From Archaeoglobaceae archaeon (GTDB lineage Archaea > Halobacteriota > Archaeoglobi > Archaeoglobales > Archaeoglobaceae): a stretch of DNA of 36,587 bases. The notes below the pieces were generated by a model. That model worked only from the letters and a program-made list of their open reading frames with translations. It searched no databases and had not been told where the DNA came from. Shown here one piece after another: positions 18,242 to 29,311 of this stretch. The stretch lies in NCBI GenBank assembly GCA_038893835.1, contig JAWAQR010000012.1, forward strand, positions 1 to 36,587. The letters are read 5' to 3'. The translations under genes were made by a program, and so were the position numbers. Within the stretch, counting starts at the first letter, position 1; each line of letters starts with the position of its first letter.

Positions 18242-19594
18242 AAAAATCTCTCCAGGAACTGGAACCGGATATCTAGCAGTCAAGCAGGCGACACAAAAAC
18301 CTTTACCCCCAAGTTTTTTTAGCGCTGAAAAAAGGCCTTTAAGGCTCAGATATCTTAAACTATCAGCTCCAACAATTTTCCTTATCTCTTCAACTGAATG
18401 ATTTGCAGCTATAAGCTCTTCTCTCGTTTTCATGTCTATGCCAAAGTAACAAGGTGCAATTATCGGCGGACTGCTAACACGGAAGTGCACTTCTTTTGCT
18501 CCAGCATTTTTCAGCATTTCAACGATTCTCTTCGAAGTCGTTGCTCTAACTATGCTGTCATCTATCAATGCTATTCTTTTTCCTTCAACGTTTTCTTTTA
18601 TTACGTTCACCTTCATTCTAACGAGTCTTTCTCTTAATTCTTGTTTCGGCATTATGAAAGTTCTGCCAGCATATCGATTCTTGATCAACGATTCCATATA
18701 AGGTAATCCAAGTTTAATCGCATAACCAATAGCAGCTGTAATGCCGCTGTCAGGTACTGCAGAAACAAAATCAACACTTGCTGGCGATTCTTCAGCCAAG
18801 TTTTTCCCCATTTCAGTTCTAGCCTTATAAACGCTGATTCCATCGATCACAGAATCTGGACGAGCAAAGTAAATGTATTCAAATATACATAAAGTCTTTC
18901 TTTTGCTTTCAGAAAATCTAAAGAACTCTATTTCTCCATCGCTTATTATTACAGCTTCTCCAGGATTTAGATCCCTTATCAATTTCCCATCCAAAGCATC
19001 TACGGCGCAGCTTTCACTGCAAACAATGTATCCATCGCTAACCTTTCCAATGCAGAGTGGGCGAAAGCCAAGAGGGTCGCGAAATGCTACAATCGTATCG
19101 TTTACCATTAAAACGCAAGAATAGCTTCCCAAAAGCTTCTGGCTGAGAATTGCTAGAGCATTTTCTATATCCCTTTCACTCATCAGAAGTTTCGAAATGA
19201 GTTGCGCTATCACTTCCGAATCCGTATCCGTGGTAAAAACGCTGCCCTCGTTTTCCAATTCCCTTCTCAAACTTTGATAGTTTACGAGATTTCCATTGTG
19301 GGCAACGACTATGCTACCTATCTTCGATTTCACAACAAAAGGCTGAGCCCCCTCTAAACTCGATGAACCAGCTGTTGAATACCTGACATGTCCAACAGCC
19401 ATTTTTGTGGGAAGCAAATCTTTTTCAGAAAAGACTTCAGAAACTAGTCCCATCCCTTTTTTGCATTCAAGTTTTTCCTTCAAAAAAGCTATTCCTGCCG
19501 ATTCCTGGCCACGATGTTGGAGTGAAAATAGCAAATAGTAAACGTATTTTCCTGCAAGAAAATTCTCACTGTATGCCCCAGCTATGCCGCACAT
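18209..19594 (-). CDS. purF: Amidophosphoribosyltransferase
   Basis: MCGI N-terminal Cys, QHRGQESAG, GHVRYST, IDDSIVRATT and Fe-S Cys (FCVAC). Confidence 0.97.
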   Translation of the reverse strand: MCGIAGAYSENFLAGKYVYYLLFSLQHRGQESAGIAFLKEKLECKKGMGLVSEVFSEKDLLPTKMAVGHVRYSTAGSSSLEGAQPFVVKSKIGSIVVAHNGNLVNYQSLRRELENEGSVFTTDTDSEVIAQLISKLLMSERDIENALAILSQKLLGSYSCVLMVNDTIVAFRDPLGFRPLCIGKVSDGYIVCSESCAVDALDGKLIRDLNPGEAVIISDGEIEFFRFSESKRKTLCIFEYIYFARPDSVIDGISVYKARTEMGKNLAEESPASVDFVSAVPDSGITAAIGYAIKLGLPYMESLIKNRYAGRTFIMPKQELRERLVRMKVNVIKENVEGKRIALIDDSIVRATTSKRIVEMLKNAGAKEVHFRVSSPPIIAPCYFGIDMKTREELIAANHSVEEIRKIVGADSLRYLSLKGLFSALKKLGGKGFCVACLTARYPVPVPGEIFSPDVWQPDEQ

Positions 19595-19772
19595 CAGTTG
19601 CTATCCTTTTTCTTTTTTACCCAATTATAACTTCTGAGCCTTTTGCTCCTGCCAAAGCCACAGGCAGCACAATATCTCTTTCTCCAGTGGAATGAATTTC
19701 TACCACACCTCCTACATCGCACATGGACCATTTTTCTATTCCTTCTACCCATTGCAGCTGTTCCATCTGACA

Positions 19773-19773
<1 letters not shown>
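19594..19773 (-). CDS. rpl37e: 50S ribosomal protein L37e
   Basis: [13 protein letters not shown]...CAACGFG. Typical Sm-L37e gene pairing. Confidence 0.95.
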
Positions 19774-20018
<245 letters not shown>

Positions 20019-20098
20019 TTAAACTTTCGATCTACTCCTGCTATTTAAAAGTATCGTTCTGATCTTTGTCAAATAAGTTTCAAGAAAACCGTGGCAAA

Positions 20099-20740
20099 TC
20101 AAAATAAGTGGTCTGAAAGTAGAAGAGATAAAGTTGCCATCAGTCCGGAGTAAGATAAAAGATACAGGGCGCTAAATACGTCGAAAATGCCGACATAGGC
20201 GAGATTCAAAAGCTTCATTGAAGGTAAGATGATTGGAAAAATAACCGGAAAGAGCATGGCTGGAAGAAGCATTTCTTTTCCCTTAGCAAAGGCTGAAATT
20301 GGGGAAAGAAGTGTTATTGATATCGAAATTGGGAAGGAAGAGATGAGAAGGCAGAGAAAAAGTAAAAGAAAGTTTCCACTGAGATTGAACAAGGCGTAAC
20401 AGATCGGAGTTATTATTGAAAGAAGGAGTAAAATTATTAGTAGATTCGAAAAAATCTTTGCAACCATTATTTCTTGAGCGCTAAGCATGGATTTCAGAGC
20501 TTCAATCGTTTCCATATCAAATTCCCGGATCACAGTGATAGAACATGCTAGTATTGAAGAGAATAAAATTACGAGAAAGAGTATTTGAGCAAAGAATTTT
20601 TCTGCATCGATTGAAAGGCTGAAGAGGAAGGATGATGCTAGGGCGAATAAGATCATTTGATTCAAACTCGCCTTACTCCTCGCTTCAACCTTGAGATCTT
20701 TCTTCACAACTTCCAGTATCGAGATGATCGATTGCCTCAT
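20099..20740 (-). CDS. ccmB: Heme exporter/cytochrome c maturation permease CcmB
   Basis: KKDLKVEARS start, about six TM helices, LLPAMLFPVIFPII motif, located downstream of a CcmA-like ATPase. ATG 20740 preferred as start. Confidence 0.75.
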   Translation of the reverse strand: MRQSIISILEVVKKDLKVEARSKASLNQMILFALASSFLFSLSIDAEKFFAQILFLVILFSSILACSITVIREFDMETIEALKSMLSAQEIMVAKIFSNLLIILLLLSIITPICYALFNLSGNFLLLFLCLLISSFPISISITLLSPISAFAKGKEMLLPAMLFPVIFPIILPSMKLLNLAYVGIFDVFSALYLLSYSGLMATLSLLLSDHLF

Positions 20741-21353
20741 CGTAGCTATCACCGAAGTAAGCTATTTTACCACTTCTAAGCACAAGAAACTTCTCGCAGA
20801 GCTTTGCCTCTTCAAAACTGTGAGTTGAAAGAAAAATAGAGCCATCGAATTCTCTTATCAGTTTTAGAAGTATTTTCCTTCCCTCTATGTCAAGAGAGGC
20901 AAAAGCTTCATCCAAGATCAGCAAAGATGGTTTCATCAAAATAGCCCTCGCAATTGCAACTCTTTGCATGTAACCTCTGGAAAGCTCTGAAATCTTGGCT
21001 TTCGATTTATCCCTAAGAAATAGTTCTTCCAGAACCCACTCCCAGTTTTTTACTTTGTAAAGCTTCGCAAAAAAACTTAGATTTTCCTCTACAGTCAGCT
21101 CCCTGTAAAGCATTGGATTATGGGTGACTATTCCTATTTTCCTCCTCATTTCAACATTTTTATATGGATCATTCCCAAAGACGAGAACTTTTCCAGAGCT
21201 TGGCTTTAGGATTCCTGCAACTATCTTTGCAAGTGTGCTTTTCCCAGCTCCATTGAATCCAAGCACAGCTAGACTTTTTTTAAAGCTAAAAGAAACTTTT
21301 TCTAGCGCAATTTTTTCGCCAAACCTCTTCGTAACTTCTTCACAAATTATCAA
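20685..21353 (-). CDS. ccmA: ABC ATP-binding protein, CcmA-like
   Basis: Walker A GFNGAGKST, LTVEENL, signature LSRGYMQR, Walker B LILDE and H-loop STH. Adjacent to ccmB. TTG start overlaps the hisB stop. Confidence 0.75.
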   Translation of the reverse strand: MIICEEVTKRFGEKIALEKVSFSFKKSLAVLGFNGAGKSTLAKIVAGILKPSSGKVLVFGNDPYKNVEMRRKIGIVTHNPMLYRELTVEENLSFFAKLYKVKNWEWVLEELFLRDKSKAKISELSRGYMQRVAIARAILMKPSLLILDEAFASLDIEGRKILLKLIREFDGSIFLSTHSFEEAKLCEKFLVLRSGKIAYFGDSYDEAIDHLDTGSCEERSQG

Positions 21354-21889
21354 TCAAGAACACCCTTCGCACTTCTGTATTCTTCACCAAACTTCCTCAA
21401 AGCTTGTCTAAGTGCCAAGGCAAATGCTTTAAAGGATGACTCCATCATGTGATGCGAGTTTTTGCCCTTAACTGCTAAATAAACGTTCAAACCGGAATTC
21501 CTCGCCAAGGTGTCGAAGAAGTGAATGAAATCCTCAGCCTTTATTTCACAATCCTTCAATTCTCCTTCAAAAACAAAAAACCCTCTTCCACTGAAATCGA
21601 CGGCGCATGTTGCTACAGATTCATCCATGGGGACTATTGCATAGCCAAATCTTTCTATTCCTCTCTTATCAATCTCTGCAATACTCTTTCCAAGACAGAT
21701 TGCCACATCTTCAATTAAATGGTGCACATCTTTACCCCTTGCCTTTACTTCAATACAAAATCCGGAGATCTTTGAAAGTGTTAAAAGCATGTGGTCAAAA
21801 AAATCTATTCCAGTGCTTATCTCTGTTTTTTCAGAGTTAAAAGTCGCAATTACTTCCGTTTCCTCCGTTTTTCTAGACACTCTCTTCAT
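21350..21889 (-). CDS. hisB: Imidazoleglycerol-phosphate dehydratase
   Basis: RKTEET, TGIDFFDHML, HHLIED and HHMMES motifs. Start re-assigned to ATG 21889. Confidence 0.95.
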   Translation of the reverse strand: MKRVSRKTEETEVIATFNSEKTEISTGIDFFDHMLLTLSKISGFCIEVKARGKDVHHLIEDVAICLGKSIAEIDKRGIERFGYAIVPMDESVATCAVDFSGRGFFVFEGELKDCEIKAEDFIHFFDTLARNSGLNVYLAVKGKNSHHMMESSFKAFALALRQALRKFGEEYRSAKGVLD

Positions 21890-22592
21890 ATTCGAGCTTA
21901 AGCGCTTCTTCAAATTTAATCTTTCCCATATAAAGTGCAGAACCCAATATCGCTCCTTTAGCTCCAAGTTTTTTCACAAAGGCGATGTCTTCGATGGAAG
22001 AAATTCCGCCCGCAATGTAAAAAGGTCTCCTAATTTTCCTAAGAAATTCCATCTTTTCCCTCTCTATCCCCATCATAAGCCCTTCGACGTCGACGTTCGT
22101 GTAAAGAAATGAAACATCACAATCCTCATAAAGTCTCGCAAACTCCAAAGGGTCAAGGAAACTTTTCTCCTTCCAACCTTTGAAAACAACCCTTCCTTCT
22201 CTGACATCCATTGCAACCATCACTCTGCCCTTCCACTTTTCTGCAAAATCCCTTACATCCTCTACTTTCTCAATGGCAAGAGTTCCGAAGATAACTCTCT
22301 GCACTCCAAGCTTTAAGAGTCTTTCAGCCAAATTTAAATCTCTTATCCCTCCTCCAACCTGAACTTCGATTCCAAGGGATATTATATCCAATATTTCTCT
22401 CTCATGCCTTAGCTTTCCTTCAAAAGCTCCGTCAAGATCGATGACATGTAAAACCTTCGCTCCTCTGCTAACCCAATTTTTCGCGATTTCCAACGGATTT
22501 TCAGCTTCAAAAGTTACCTCTTTTTCCCTACCCTGTCTCAATCTTACAACCTTTCCTCCTTTCAAATCGATCGCCGGAATCACTCTAAACAT
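21873..22592 (-). CDS. hisA: ProFAR isomerase
   Basis: IPAIDLKGGKVVRL, LHVIDLDGA, QVGGGIR and AGGISS motifs. Confidence 0.95.
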   Translation of the reverse strand: MFRVIPAIDLKGGKVVRLRQGREKEVTFEAENPLEIAKNWVSRGAKVLHVIDLDGAFEGKLRHEREILDIISLGIEVQVGGGIRDLNLAERLLKLGVQRVIFGTLAIEKVEDVRDFAEKWKGRVMVAMDVREGRVVFKGWKEKSFLDPLEFARLYEDCDVSFLYTNVDVEGLMMGIEREKMEFLRKIRRPFYIAGGISSIEDIAFVKKLGAKGAILGSALYMGKIKFEEALKLEYEESV

Positions 22593-23376
22593 TCAGCTCC
22601 GCTAACATCCTGTTGAAGTTCTCAGCCTTATTCTTTAGAATTTGCAGAGCCTGCTTTAAAACTTCTTTAACCGGCATCGCACCAGTCGATTCTGCTACGA
22701 ACAAGTAATCGTTTGTTTCAACGACTTTCAGAGCCTTTTGCTCGCACACCTTTACACATTCCATGCAAAGAGAGCACTCCAGCGGATTAACTTCGATCTT
22801 TTCATTTTCAATAGAAAAAACCTTTCTTGGGCATGCATTTATGCAATCTCCGCACAAATTGCATTTTTCATTCACTTCAATCTTCGGAATTATCCTGTAA
22901 TAGCACGCTGAAACTGGCTGGAATTTTGCATGCTCTTTTCCAATTCCCAATCTGGCAACTGCTTCGATCATCAGCTGCTGACCGCTGAAAAGTTCAAGAA
23001 CTGGGATGTCCTTATAAGCAAAGTGAACTTCCGGATCGTCGCTCACAAAGTCTCCGGAGTAAACTATCCTTGGCCCCTCCACGTTTAACCTGAAGGACAC
23101 CTGACAACTTGGACATCCAACTCCACCGCAACTGCAATCTTTCTGTAAGTTGAACTTCCCTGGAATCGTCTTTATCGGAATCATCGCAAGTCTATGCGCT
23201 ATCATTTCATCGTAAAAGTTGCTGGAATTTACGTAAAAGTCCACATAATCTATGGCCATTGTTGGAACCAATGACTTCATAGCCCTTCTTATAGAGTTGA
23301 CTAAAGCAGGAGATGCGTCTCTTAAAATAAAAATAATTTTATCCTCTTTATCTATCAAAAATTCTATGCTCACCAT
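22585..23376 (-). CDS. rpoD: DNA-directed RNA polymerase subunit D (Rpo3) with ferredoxin-like domain
   Basis: NSIRRAM, AHRLAMIP, HAKFQP, a CSC..CPSC motif and two CxxCxxCxxxC clusters. Confidence 0.96.
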   Translation of the reverse strand: MVSIEFLIDKEDKIIFILRDASPALVNSIRRAMKSLVPTMAIDYVDFYVNSSNFYDEMIAHRLAMIPIKTIPGKFNLQKDCSCGGVGCPSCQVSFRLNVEGPRIVYSGDFVSDDPEVHFAYKDIPVLELFSGQQLMIEAVARLGIGKEHAKFQPVSACYYRIIPKIEVNEKCNLCGDCINACPRKVFSIENEKIEVNPLECSLCMECVKVCEQKALKVVETNDYLFVAESTGAMPVKEVLKQALQILKNKAENFNRMLAELNV

Positions 23377-23768
23377 TACACTCTCCTACCCCTCCTCCCA
23401 CCTGGGGGTCTGCAGGTGTCATGCGGAATTGGTGTAACATCTTCTATTCTACCAATTCTTAACCCAGCTCTTGCCAATGCTCTTATTGCAGCCTGAGCTC
23501 CTGGACCTGGGATCTTGGACCTGTTCCCTCCAGGAGCTCTAACTTTTATGTGTACAGCGTTGATTCCTTTTTCCATCGCTATGCTCGCAGCCCTTAAAGC
23601 TGCCTGCATTGCAGTGTATGGATTCCCCTCATCTCTCGCAGCTTTGACTATCATACCACCACTAACCCTTGCTATGATTTCAGCACCAGTTATGTCGGTT
23701 ATCGTTATTATCGTGTTGTTGAAGGATGAATAAATATGTGCAATTCCCCACCTTATCTTTTCAGGCAT
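23376..23768 (-). CDS. rps11: 30S ribosomal protein S11
   Basis: [24 protein letters not shown] and DVTPIPHD. Confidence 0.97.
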   Translation of the reverse strand: MPEKIRWGIAHIYSSFNNTIITITDITGAEIIARVSGGMIVKAARDEGNPYTAMQAALRAASIAMEKGINAVHIKVRAPGGNRSKIPGPGAQAAIRALARAGLRIGRIEDVTPIPHDTCRPPGGRRGRRV

Positions 23769-24261
23769 TTTGCTTCACCCTCAACGCAACTTTAGATTCC
23801 TCATCCTTCAAAACTATATAGCTTGGACAGGTTATTTTCCTTCCATCAACTTCAACATGACCATGAACTATCAACTGCCTAGCCTGTTTTATCGTTTTCG
23901 CCAATCCTTGGCGGTAAACAATTGTTTGAAGTCTCCTCTCCAAAAAGTTTTCGACTGATAAGCTCAGAATATCGTCAAGAGTTGCATTATCCGGTAGAAT
24001 ACCAAATTTTTGCAGCTTCTTTATCACAGCCTGGACTCTAGCCCTCGCTATTTCTCCTTCTTTTCCTGGTAAATTTATCTTACCCAACATTTCTCTCGCG
24101 ACCCTTCTGTACTTCCTCAGTAAATTCTGAAATCTCCAAAGCTCCCTCTTATTCCTCAACCCATACTTAATCATCAATTGTGCCTCTCTTTCCAATCTGC
24201 TCTTATCCCAAGGACGAACAGGGGTTACGTATAACTTCCTGTTTCTCTTCGGATCACCCAT
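23761..24261 (-). CDS. rps4: 30S ribosomal protein S4
   Basis: [21 protein letters not shown] and ARQLIVHGH. Confidence 0.97.
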   Translation of the reverse strand: MGDPKRNRKLYVTPVRPWDKSRLEREAQLMIKYGLRNKRELWRFQNLLRKYRRVAREMLGKINLPGKEGEIARARVQAVIKKLQKFGILPDNATLDDILSLSVENFLERRLQTIVYRQGLAKTIKQARQLIVHGHVEVDGRKITCPSYIVLKDEESKVALRVKQNA

Positions 24262-24270
24262 GAAATCACC

Positions 24271-24711
24271 TCACTTCTTCTTCCTTATAACCCCAACCGT
24301 CCTCCCTTTTCTACCTGTTGACCTAGTCCTCTGCCCTCTAACTTTTTTACCCTTTGCATGCCTTATGCCTCGATAACACTTCATCTTGATCAATCTTTCC
24401 ACGTCCAACATCTTCGCAAATTCAACATCCTTCGAAAGGAGGTGCAAATTTTGTCCAGTCACTGGATCGAAGCGTCTGTTGAACATCCAGACGGGTATTT
24501 TTTCCTCTATTTCTTCTTCAATCAATTTTCTGAGTCTCTCTATTTCATCATCGGAAAGATAACCAAGCTTCTTATTTCCATCCAAGCCAGCAGCATTCAC
24601 AATACTCCTTGCCATCCTTATTCCTACACCTGGGATCGCAGTTAGAGCATGAACAACGTTCTTTCTACCATCGAGATCTGTATCTGCTATCCTTACGATG
24701 TGCTTGAACAT
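24271..24711 (-). CDS. rps13: 30S ribosomal protein S13
   Basis: FKHIVRIADTDLDG and YRGIRH...VRGQRTRS. Start at ATG 24711 behind GGTGG. Confidence 0.96.
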   Translation of the reverse strand: MFKHIVRIADTDLDGRKNVVHALTAIPGVGIRMARSIVNAAGLDGNKKLGYLSDDEIERLRKLIEEEIEEKIPVWMFNRRFDPVTGQNLHLLSKDVEFAKMLDVERLIKMKCYRGIRHAKGKKVRGQRTRSTGRKGRTVGVIRKKK

Positions 24712-24811
24712 GTGACCACCGATGTAAAAACAAGTTTCTGGACGATATTTAAATGTTTTGCGAGTCTTTGCGGTTGGGGAAAGGTTATATACCGAAATTC
24801 CAACGCAGATC

Positions 24812-24961
24812 ATGGCGAGATTTCCAGAGGCTGAGGCTAGGCTTTTCAATGTAAAAATCTGTATGCGATGCAATGCCAGAAATCCGATAAAAGCTGAAAC
24901 CTGCAGGAAGTGCGGATATAAGGGGCTAAGACCAAAGTCGAAAGAAAGGAAAGGGAAGTAA
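24812..24961 (+). CDS. rpl40e: 50S ribosomal protein L40e
   Basis: [21 protein letters not shown]...[19 protein letters not shown] box at 24785-24791. Confidence 0.95.
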   Translation: MARFPEAEARLFNVKICMRCNARNPIKAETCRKCGYKGLRPKSKERKGK

Positions 24962-25408
24962 TCAATCACATGGAAAAAACTTGAGCTCTATTCCAGCTTC
25001 TTCCAACAATTTGAGCCCATTTTTGTCAGCGTATTCTTTTCCATAGACAACTCTTTTTATTCCAGAATTAATTATAATTTTAGCACATGTTATACAGGGG
25101 CAGTGAGTGGAGTAGAGGGTTGCATTTTCAACGCTTATCCCAAACTTTGCAGCCTGTATTATTGCATTCTGCTCTGCATGGACACCTCTACATAGTTCTT
25201 GTCTTTCTCCACTCGGAACTCCAAACTTCTCCCTCATACAACCAACCTCTTCACAGTGTGGAAGATTCGATGGAGCCCCATTATAGCCTGTGGCAAGAAT
25301 GCGCTTGTCCTTAACTATTACTGCTCCCACTTTTTGCCTCAAACACGTAGATCTTTTGGCAACAACCTTGGCTATCTCCATGAAATACTCATCTAATGTT
25401 GGGCGCAT
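24962..25408 (-). CDS. dCMP deaminase (ComEB family)
   Basis: RSTC, VGAVIV, TGYNG, HAEQNA and PCITC zinc motifs. Confidence 0.92.
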   Translation of the reverse strand: MRPTLDEYFMEIAKVVAKRSTCLRQKVGAVIVKDKRILATGYNGAPSNLPHCEEVGCMREKFGVPSGERQELCRGVHAEQNAIIQAAKFGISVENATLYSTHCPCITCAKIIINSGIKRVVYGKEYADKNGLKLLEEAGIELKFFPCD

Positions 25409-25409
25409 A

Positions 25410-26141
25410 CTAGACACCCAAAAATTTCATAGCGTTCTTCAAACAAATTTTTTCTGCCTCATTTCCAAGAAGTTTAGCCGTTTCAGCCACTGCGTTCACA
25501 AACTCATTGCCATACCCAGAATCGCTATTCAAGATGAACTTTTCACTCCCAAACTTTTCCACTATTTCAACAACATCCTTAGGCTCCAACTTCCCAAGTT
25601 GCACCGTTAAACCTATCCAGTATTCCTTTCCAACTACAAATTCTAAGTTTTCGAAGTTGACGTGGTCTATTACAGCGAGTTCTGGGGGGAAATTAATTTC
25701 TTCGAGAATCTCCAAGATCTTTTGCGTTATAACTCTCTTATTTCCTCTAGGTGTATGGATTATGCATGGAATATCCTTTTCCATGGCGATTTTCAGCTGA
25801 GAAATAAAGACTTCTCTTTCCTCATCGCTTGCATTCTCGAGTCCTATTTCACCAAAGAGATTCCAGTCTCCTGCCTCGAGATGTTCAAGAACTATCCGAT
25901 AATTTGACGGTATACAACGTGGATGTATTCCTATCCCTGGAATTGCATCTATTCCGAGAATCTTGCACCTTCGAACCTCGAATTCTTCAAGCTTTCTAAA
26001 GCCATCTATCAGCGTTTGAGGAAATATCGGTTTTATTGGATAAAAGGATAGAGTGCACAACTTTTCTATTCCGCTCTCCTTCATCTTCCGCAGTTCCGTA
26101 ACACCCAAACCCTCAGTATGGACATGGGGATCAAAAAACAT
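25410..26141 (-). CDS. TatD-like TIM-barrel metallohydrolase
   Basis: DPHVH, GIHP, GEIGL, IIHTP, DH and NSD motifs. Confidence 0.85.
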   Translation of the reverse strand: MFFDPHVHTEGLGVTELRKMKESGIEKLCTLSFYPIKPIFPQTLIDGFRKLEEFEVRRCKILGIDAIPGIGIHPRCIPSNYRIVLEHLEAGDWNLFGEIGLENASDEEREVFISQLKIAMEKDIPCIIHTPRGNKRVITQKILEILEEINFPPELAVIDHVNFENLEFVVGKEYWIGLTVQLGKLEPKDVVEIVEKFGSEKFILNSDSGYGNEFVNAVAETAKLLGNEAEKICLKNAMKFLGV

Positions 26142-26215
26142 GTCAAAACTGCGACTGAATGGATAAAAAATTTTCGTAATTCAGAAGATTTTAAATACGC
26201 GAAAAGACTTGCTTT

Positions 26216-27397
26216 ATGAAAAAAGTAGTCCTAGCCTACTCAGGCGGATTAGATACTACCGTCTGCATCTTCTTGCTTAGGGAAAAGTACGGGTTTGATG
26301 AAGTCATAACGGTAACTGTAGACATTGGACTGCCAGAAAATGAGCTTAAAAAGGCTGAAGAAAGGGGAAAGAAATATGCAGACAAGCATTACACGATTCC
26401 AGCAAGAAAAGAGTTTGTTGAGGCAATTTATAAGCTAATAAAGGCGAATGCCGATTACGAAGGATACGTGCTCGGAACAGCGATGGCAAGACCCATAATT
26501 GCAGAAAAAGTTGCTGAAATTGCGATGAAAGAAAGAGCTGACGCAATAGCTCATGGATGTACTGGGAAAGGAAATGACCAGCTTAGATTCGAAAACGTGT
26601 TCAGACAATATGGTTTTCGTGTCATAGCTCCGATTAGAGAGCTGAATCTAACTAGAGAATGGGAAATAGAGTATGCAAAAAAACAAGGAATTGATGTTAC
26701 GGCAACAAAGGAAAAGCCATTCAGCATCGATGAGAATCTATGGAGCAGAAGCATAGAAGGTGGAAAGCTGGAAGATCCTAGCTTTATTCCGCCAGAAGAA
26801 ATTTATGAGTGGACAAAATCGCCAAAGCTTGCAGCGAATGAACCTGAAATTTTGAAGATAGAATTTGAAAGGGGAATTCCAATTGCAGTGAACGATCAAA
26901 GATTAGATGGTTTCGAGCTAATCAAACTCCTAAACGAGATTGGTGGAAGACATGGGGTGGGAAGGACGGACATGATGGAAGACAGAGTTCTAGGCTTGAA
27001 GGCAAGGGAAAACTATGAACATCCAGCAGCCACGATACTGATTACGGCACATAAAGACTTAGAAAGGCTTGTTTTGAGTAGAAGAGAGTTGAAATTCAAG
27101 AAAATAGTTGAAGAAGAGTGGGCAGAACTTGTTTACTATGGTCTCACGAACGAGCCACTTTTCGAAGACCTCAACGCTTTCATAGACAAAACACAGGAAA
27201 GAGTTACTGGATGGGTTAAAGTAAGACTATACAAAGGATCTGTCATGCCAATTGCCAGATATTCTCCATTTGCACTCTATTCTGAAGAACTTGTCTCATT
27301 TGACAGCGCAGTCTTGGATCAAAGACTTGCAGAGGGATTTTCGGTCTTCCATGGATTGCAGGGTAGAATTTATCAGCAGTTGAGGAGGAGGCTATGA
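26216..27397 (+). CDS. argG: Argininosuccinate synthase
   Basis: [22 protein letters not shown] and SIDENLW motifs. Confidence 0.97.
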   Translation: MKKVVLAYSGGLDTTVCIFLLREKYGFDEVITVTVDIGLPENELKKAEERGKKYADKHYTIPARKEFVEAIYKLIKANADYEGYVLGTAMARPIIAEKVAEIAMKERADAIAHGCTGKGNDQLRFENVFRQYGFRVIAPIRELNLTREWEIEYAKKQGIDVTATKEKPFSIDENLWSRSIEGGKLEDPSFIPPEEIYEWTKSPKLAANEPEILKIEFERGIPIAVNDQRLDGFELIKLLNEIGGRHGVGRTDMMEDRVLGLKARENYEHPAATILITAHKDLERLVLSRRELKFKKIVEEEWAELVYYGLTNEPLFEDLNAFIDKTQERVTGWVKVRLYKGSVMPIARYSPFALYSEELVSFDSAVLDQRLAEGFSVFHGLQGRIYQQLRRRL

Positions 27398-28098
27398 AGT
27401 TCGTGATAATAAACGTTGGAAACGAGCTTCTCAGCGGAGACACGGTGAACACGAATGCATCCTACATGGCAAGAAAGCTCGTTGAAAGGGGACATGAAGT
27501 CAAGAGAATAATAGTTGTACCAGACAATGTTTCGGAAATTGCAGAAGAGGTTGAGAAGGCATCAAAGCTTTACGATTTCGTTTTGGTCACAGGCGGTCTT
27601 GGAGCTACACATGATGATGTTACGAATGAAGCCATAGCCAAGGCTTTGAAAAGAAAGCTGGTAGTTAATCAAGAAGTTTACAACTATCTGAAGAAGTTTA
27701 GCGACAAAGAAGAAGCTATAAGAAAACTTGCATCAATTCCAGAGGGTAGCGAAGTTGTCTGGAACGACATCGGTGCGGCTCCTGCTTATGTTGTGGAGAA
27801 CGTCGCAGTTATGCCAGGAGTTCCGGAAGAGATGAAGAACACATTTGCAAAAATACTTGAAAGATTTGAAAAACTGAACTACTTTGAGGAACAGGTTAGA
27901 ATAGATGGATACGAGGTTGGAATTCTTGAAGAACTGAACTCGATTGTTTCAGAGTTCCCAGATTTACAAATAGGTTCATATCCAAAATACGGTTATGTAA
28001 TTGTTAAATTCTCGGGAAGGGATAAGGAGAGGGTTAAAAAGGCTGTTTCTAGGTTCAGAGAACTCTTGAGAAATGCTGGAAGGGAAAATATTCTATAA
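27394..28098 (+). CDS. CinA N-terminal / molybdopterin-binding domain protein
   Basis: [26 protein letters not shown] and MPGVPEEM motifs. Confidence 0.85.
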   Translation: MKFVIINVGNELLSGDTVNTNASYMARKLVERGHEVKRIIVVPDNVSEIAEEVEKASKLYDFVLVTGGLGATHDDVTNEAIAKALKRKLVVNQEVYNYLKKFSDKEEAIRKLASIPEGSEVVWNDIGAAPAYVVENVAVMPGVPEEMKNTFAKILERFEKLNYFEEQVRIDGYEVGILEELNSIVSEFPDLQIGSYPKYGYVIVKFSGRDKERVKKAVSRFRELLRNAGRENIL

Positions 28099-29311
28099 AG
28101 GTCAATTCATAGAAACTGGGATTGAAATAGAGAATGGAAGAATAAAAAGGATAGGGAAGCTTATAAAGGGTAGGAAAATTGAAGGTGTCATTCTTCCAGC
28201 TGGAATAGATGTTCACGTCCACTTCAGAGATTTCAGGGAAAAGCACAAGGAAACGATAGAAACCGGATCTCTCTCAGCGCTCTACGGTGGAATCTGTCTT
28301 GTCGTAGACCAGCCAAATACAAAGCCTGTGATTGAGGATGAAAAAGTTTACTTTGAAAGAATGGAAATCGCTGGGAAAAAAAGTTATGTCGATTATTCAC
28401 TAAACTTGGCGCTGACAAAAAGGAATGCTGAAAGGATTGGAGAGATTGTAAAAAGAATAAGAAAGGAGTTCCATCTTCCCGCAATAGGAGAAGTTTTCTT
28501 AGAACACAGTGATGAAGAGTTAAAAATCGATTACGGAGTTCTTTCAAAAATTGCTGGGATTTGGAGAATTTCAGTCCATGCAGAAGATCCGGAATTTGCA
28601 AAAATAGGGATTCCGAATTTCTTGTATAGACCAAAAATAGCAGAAGTTTTTGCGGTAAAGAAGTGTTTGGAAATTTCAGATTTTCACTTCTGCCATCTAT
28701 CAACGAGAGAAGCAGTTGAACTTGCTGAAAAGACTAGTTCGAGCTTCGAAGTTACACCGCATCACTTACTGCTCAGCATCGAAGATTATGAAAGACTTGG
28801 AAAATTTGTAAACGTTAATCCGCCTTTAAGGGAGAAAGAAGAAGTTCTATGGCTTTTGAAGAACTTTTCGAGGATCAAGATACTTGCATCGGATCATGCA
28901 CCACATACAGTTGAAGAGAAAGAACTCGGCATTCCAGGTTTTCCAGGAGTTGAGACAATGTATCCAATTTTCGTAAGACTTGCAACCCTAGGAATCATTA
29001 GCTTTAAAGATTTGGTGGAGAAAATAGCAATAAATCCGGCCAGAATTTTCGGTTTTATGGATTATGGGGAGATTGAGATTGGGAAATTTGCGAATTTTGC
29101 GGTGTTTGATTTAAAAGATGTGAAAAAAATAAGGGCAGAATTTTTGCACTCAAAATGCTCTTGGACACCATATGAGGGTTTTGAGGCTATTTTTCCAAAG
29201 AAAGTTTTTATCAGAGGTGAAGAAGTTCTGGAAAGTGAATTAAAGAAAGGAATCGTGATCTCATCTCACTTCCGTTCTGGAGAACAAAATGGAGGCCAAG
29301 GAGAGAATTAA
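28073..29311 (+). CDS. pyrC: Dihydroorotase
   Basis: DVHVHFR, DQPNTKP, HAED, EVTPHHL, VNPPLR and SDHAPH motifs. Confidence 0.92.
   Translation: MLEGKIFYKGQFIETGIEIENGRIKRIGKLIKGRKIEGVILPAGIDVHVHFRDFREKHKETIETGSLSALYGGICLVVDQPNTKPVIEDEKVYFERMEIAGKKSYVDYSLNLALTKRNAERIGEIVKRIRKEFHLPAIGEVFLEHSDEELKIDYGVLSKIAGIWRISVHAEDPEFAKIGIPNFLYRPKIAEVFAVKKCLEISDFHFCHLSTREAVELAEKTSSSFEVTPHHLLLSIEDYERLGKFVNVNPPLREKEEVLWLLKNFSRIKILASDHAPHTVEEKELGIPGFPGVETMYPIFVRLATLGIISFKDLVEKIAINPARIFGFMDYGEIEIGKFANFAVFDLKDVKKIRAEFLHSKCSWTPYEGFEAIFPKKVFIRGEEVLESELKKGIVISSHFRSGEQNGGQGEN

Noticed and set aside
24712-24811. tRNA or sRNA upstream of rps13
   Set aside because: No cloverleaf or C/D boxes are visible, and the 100 nt are explained by divergent TATA boxes and an SD.
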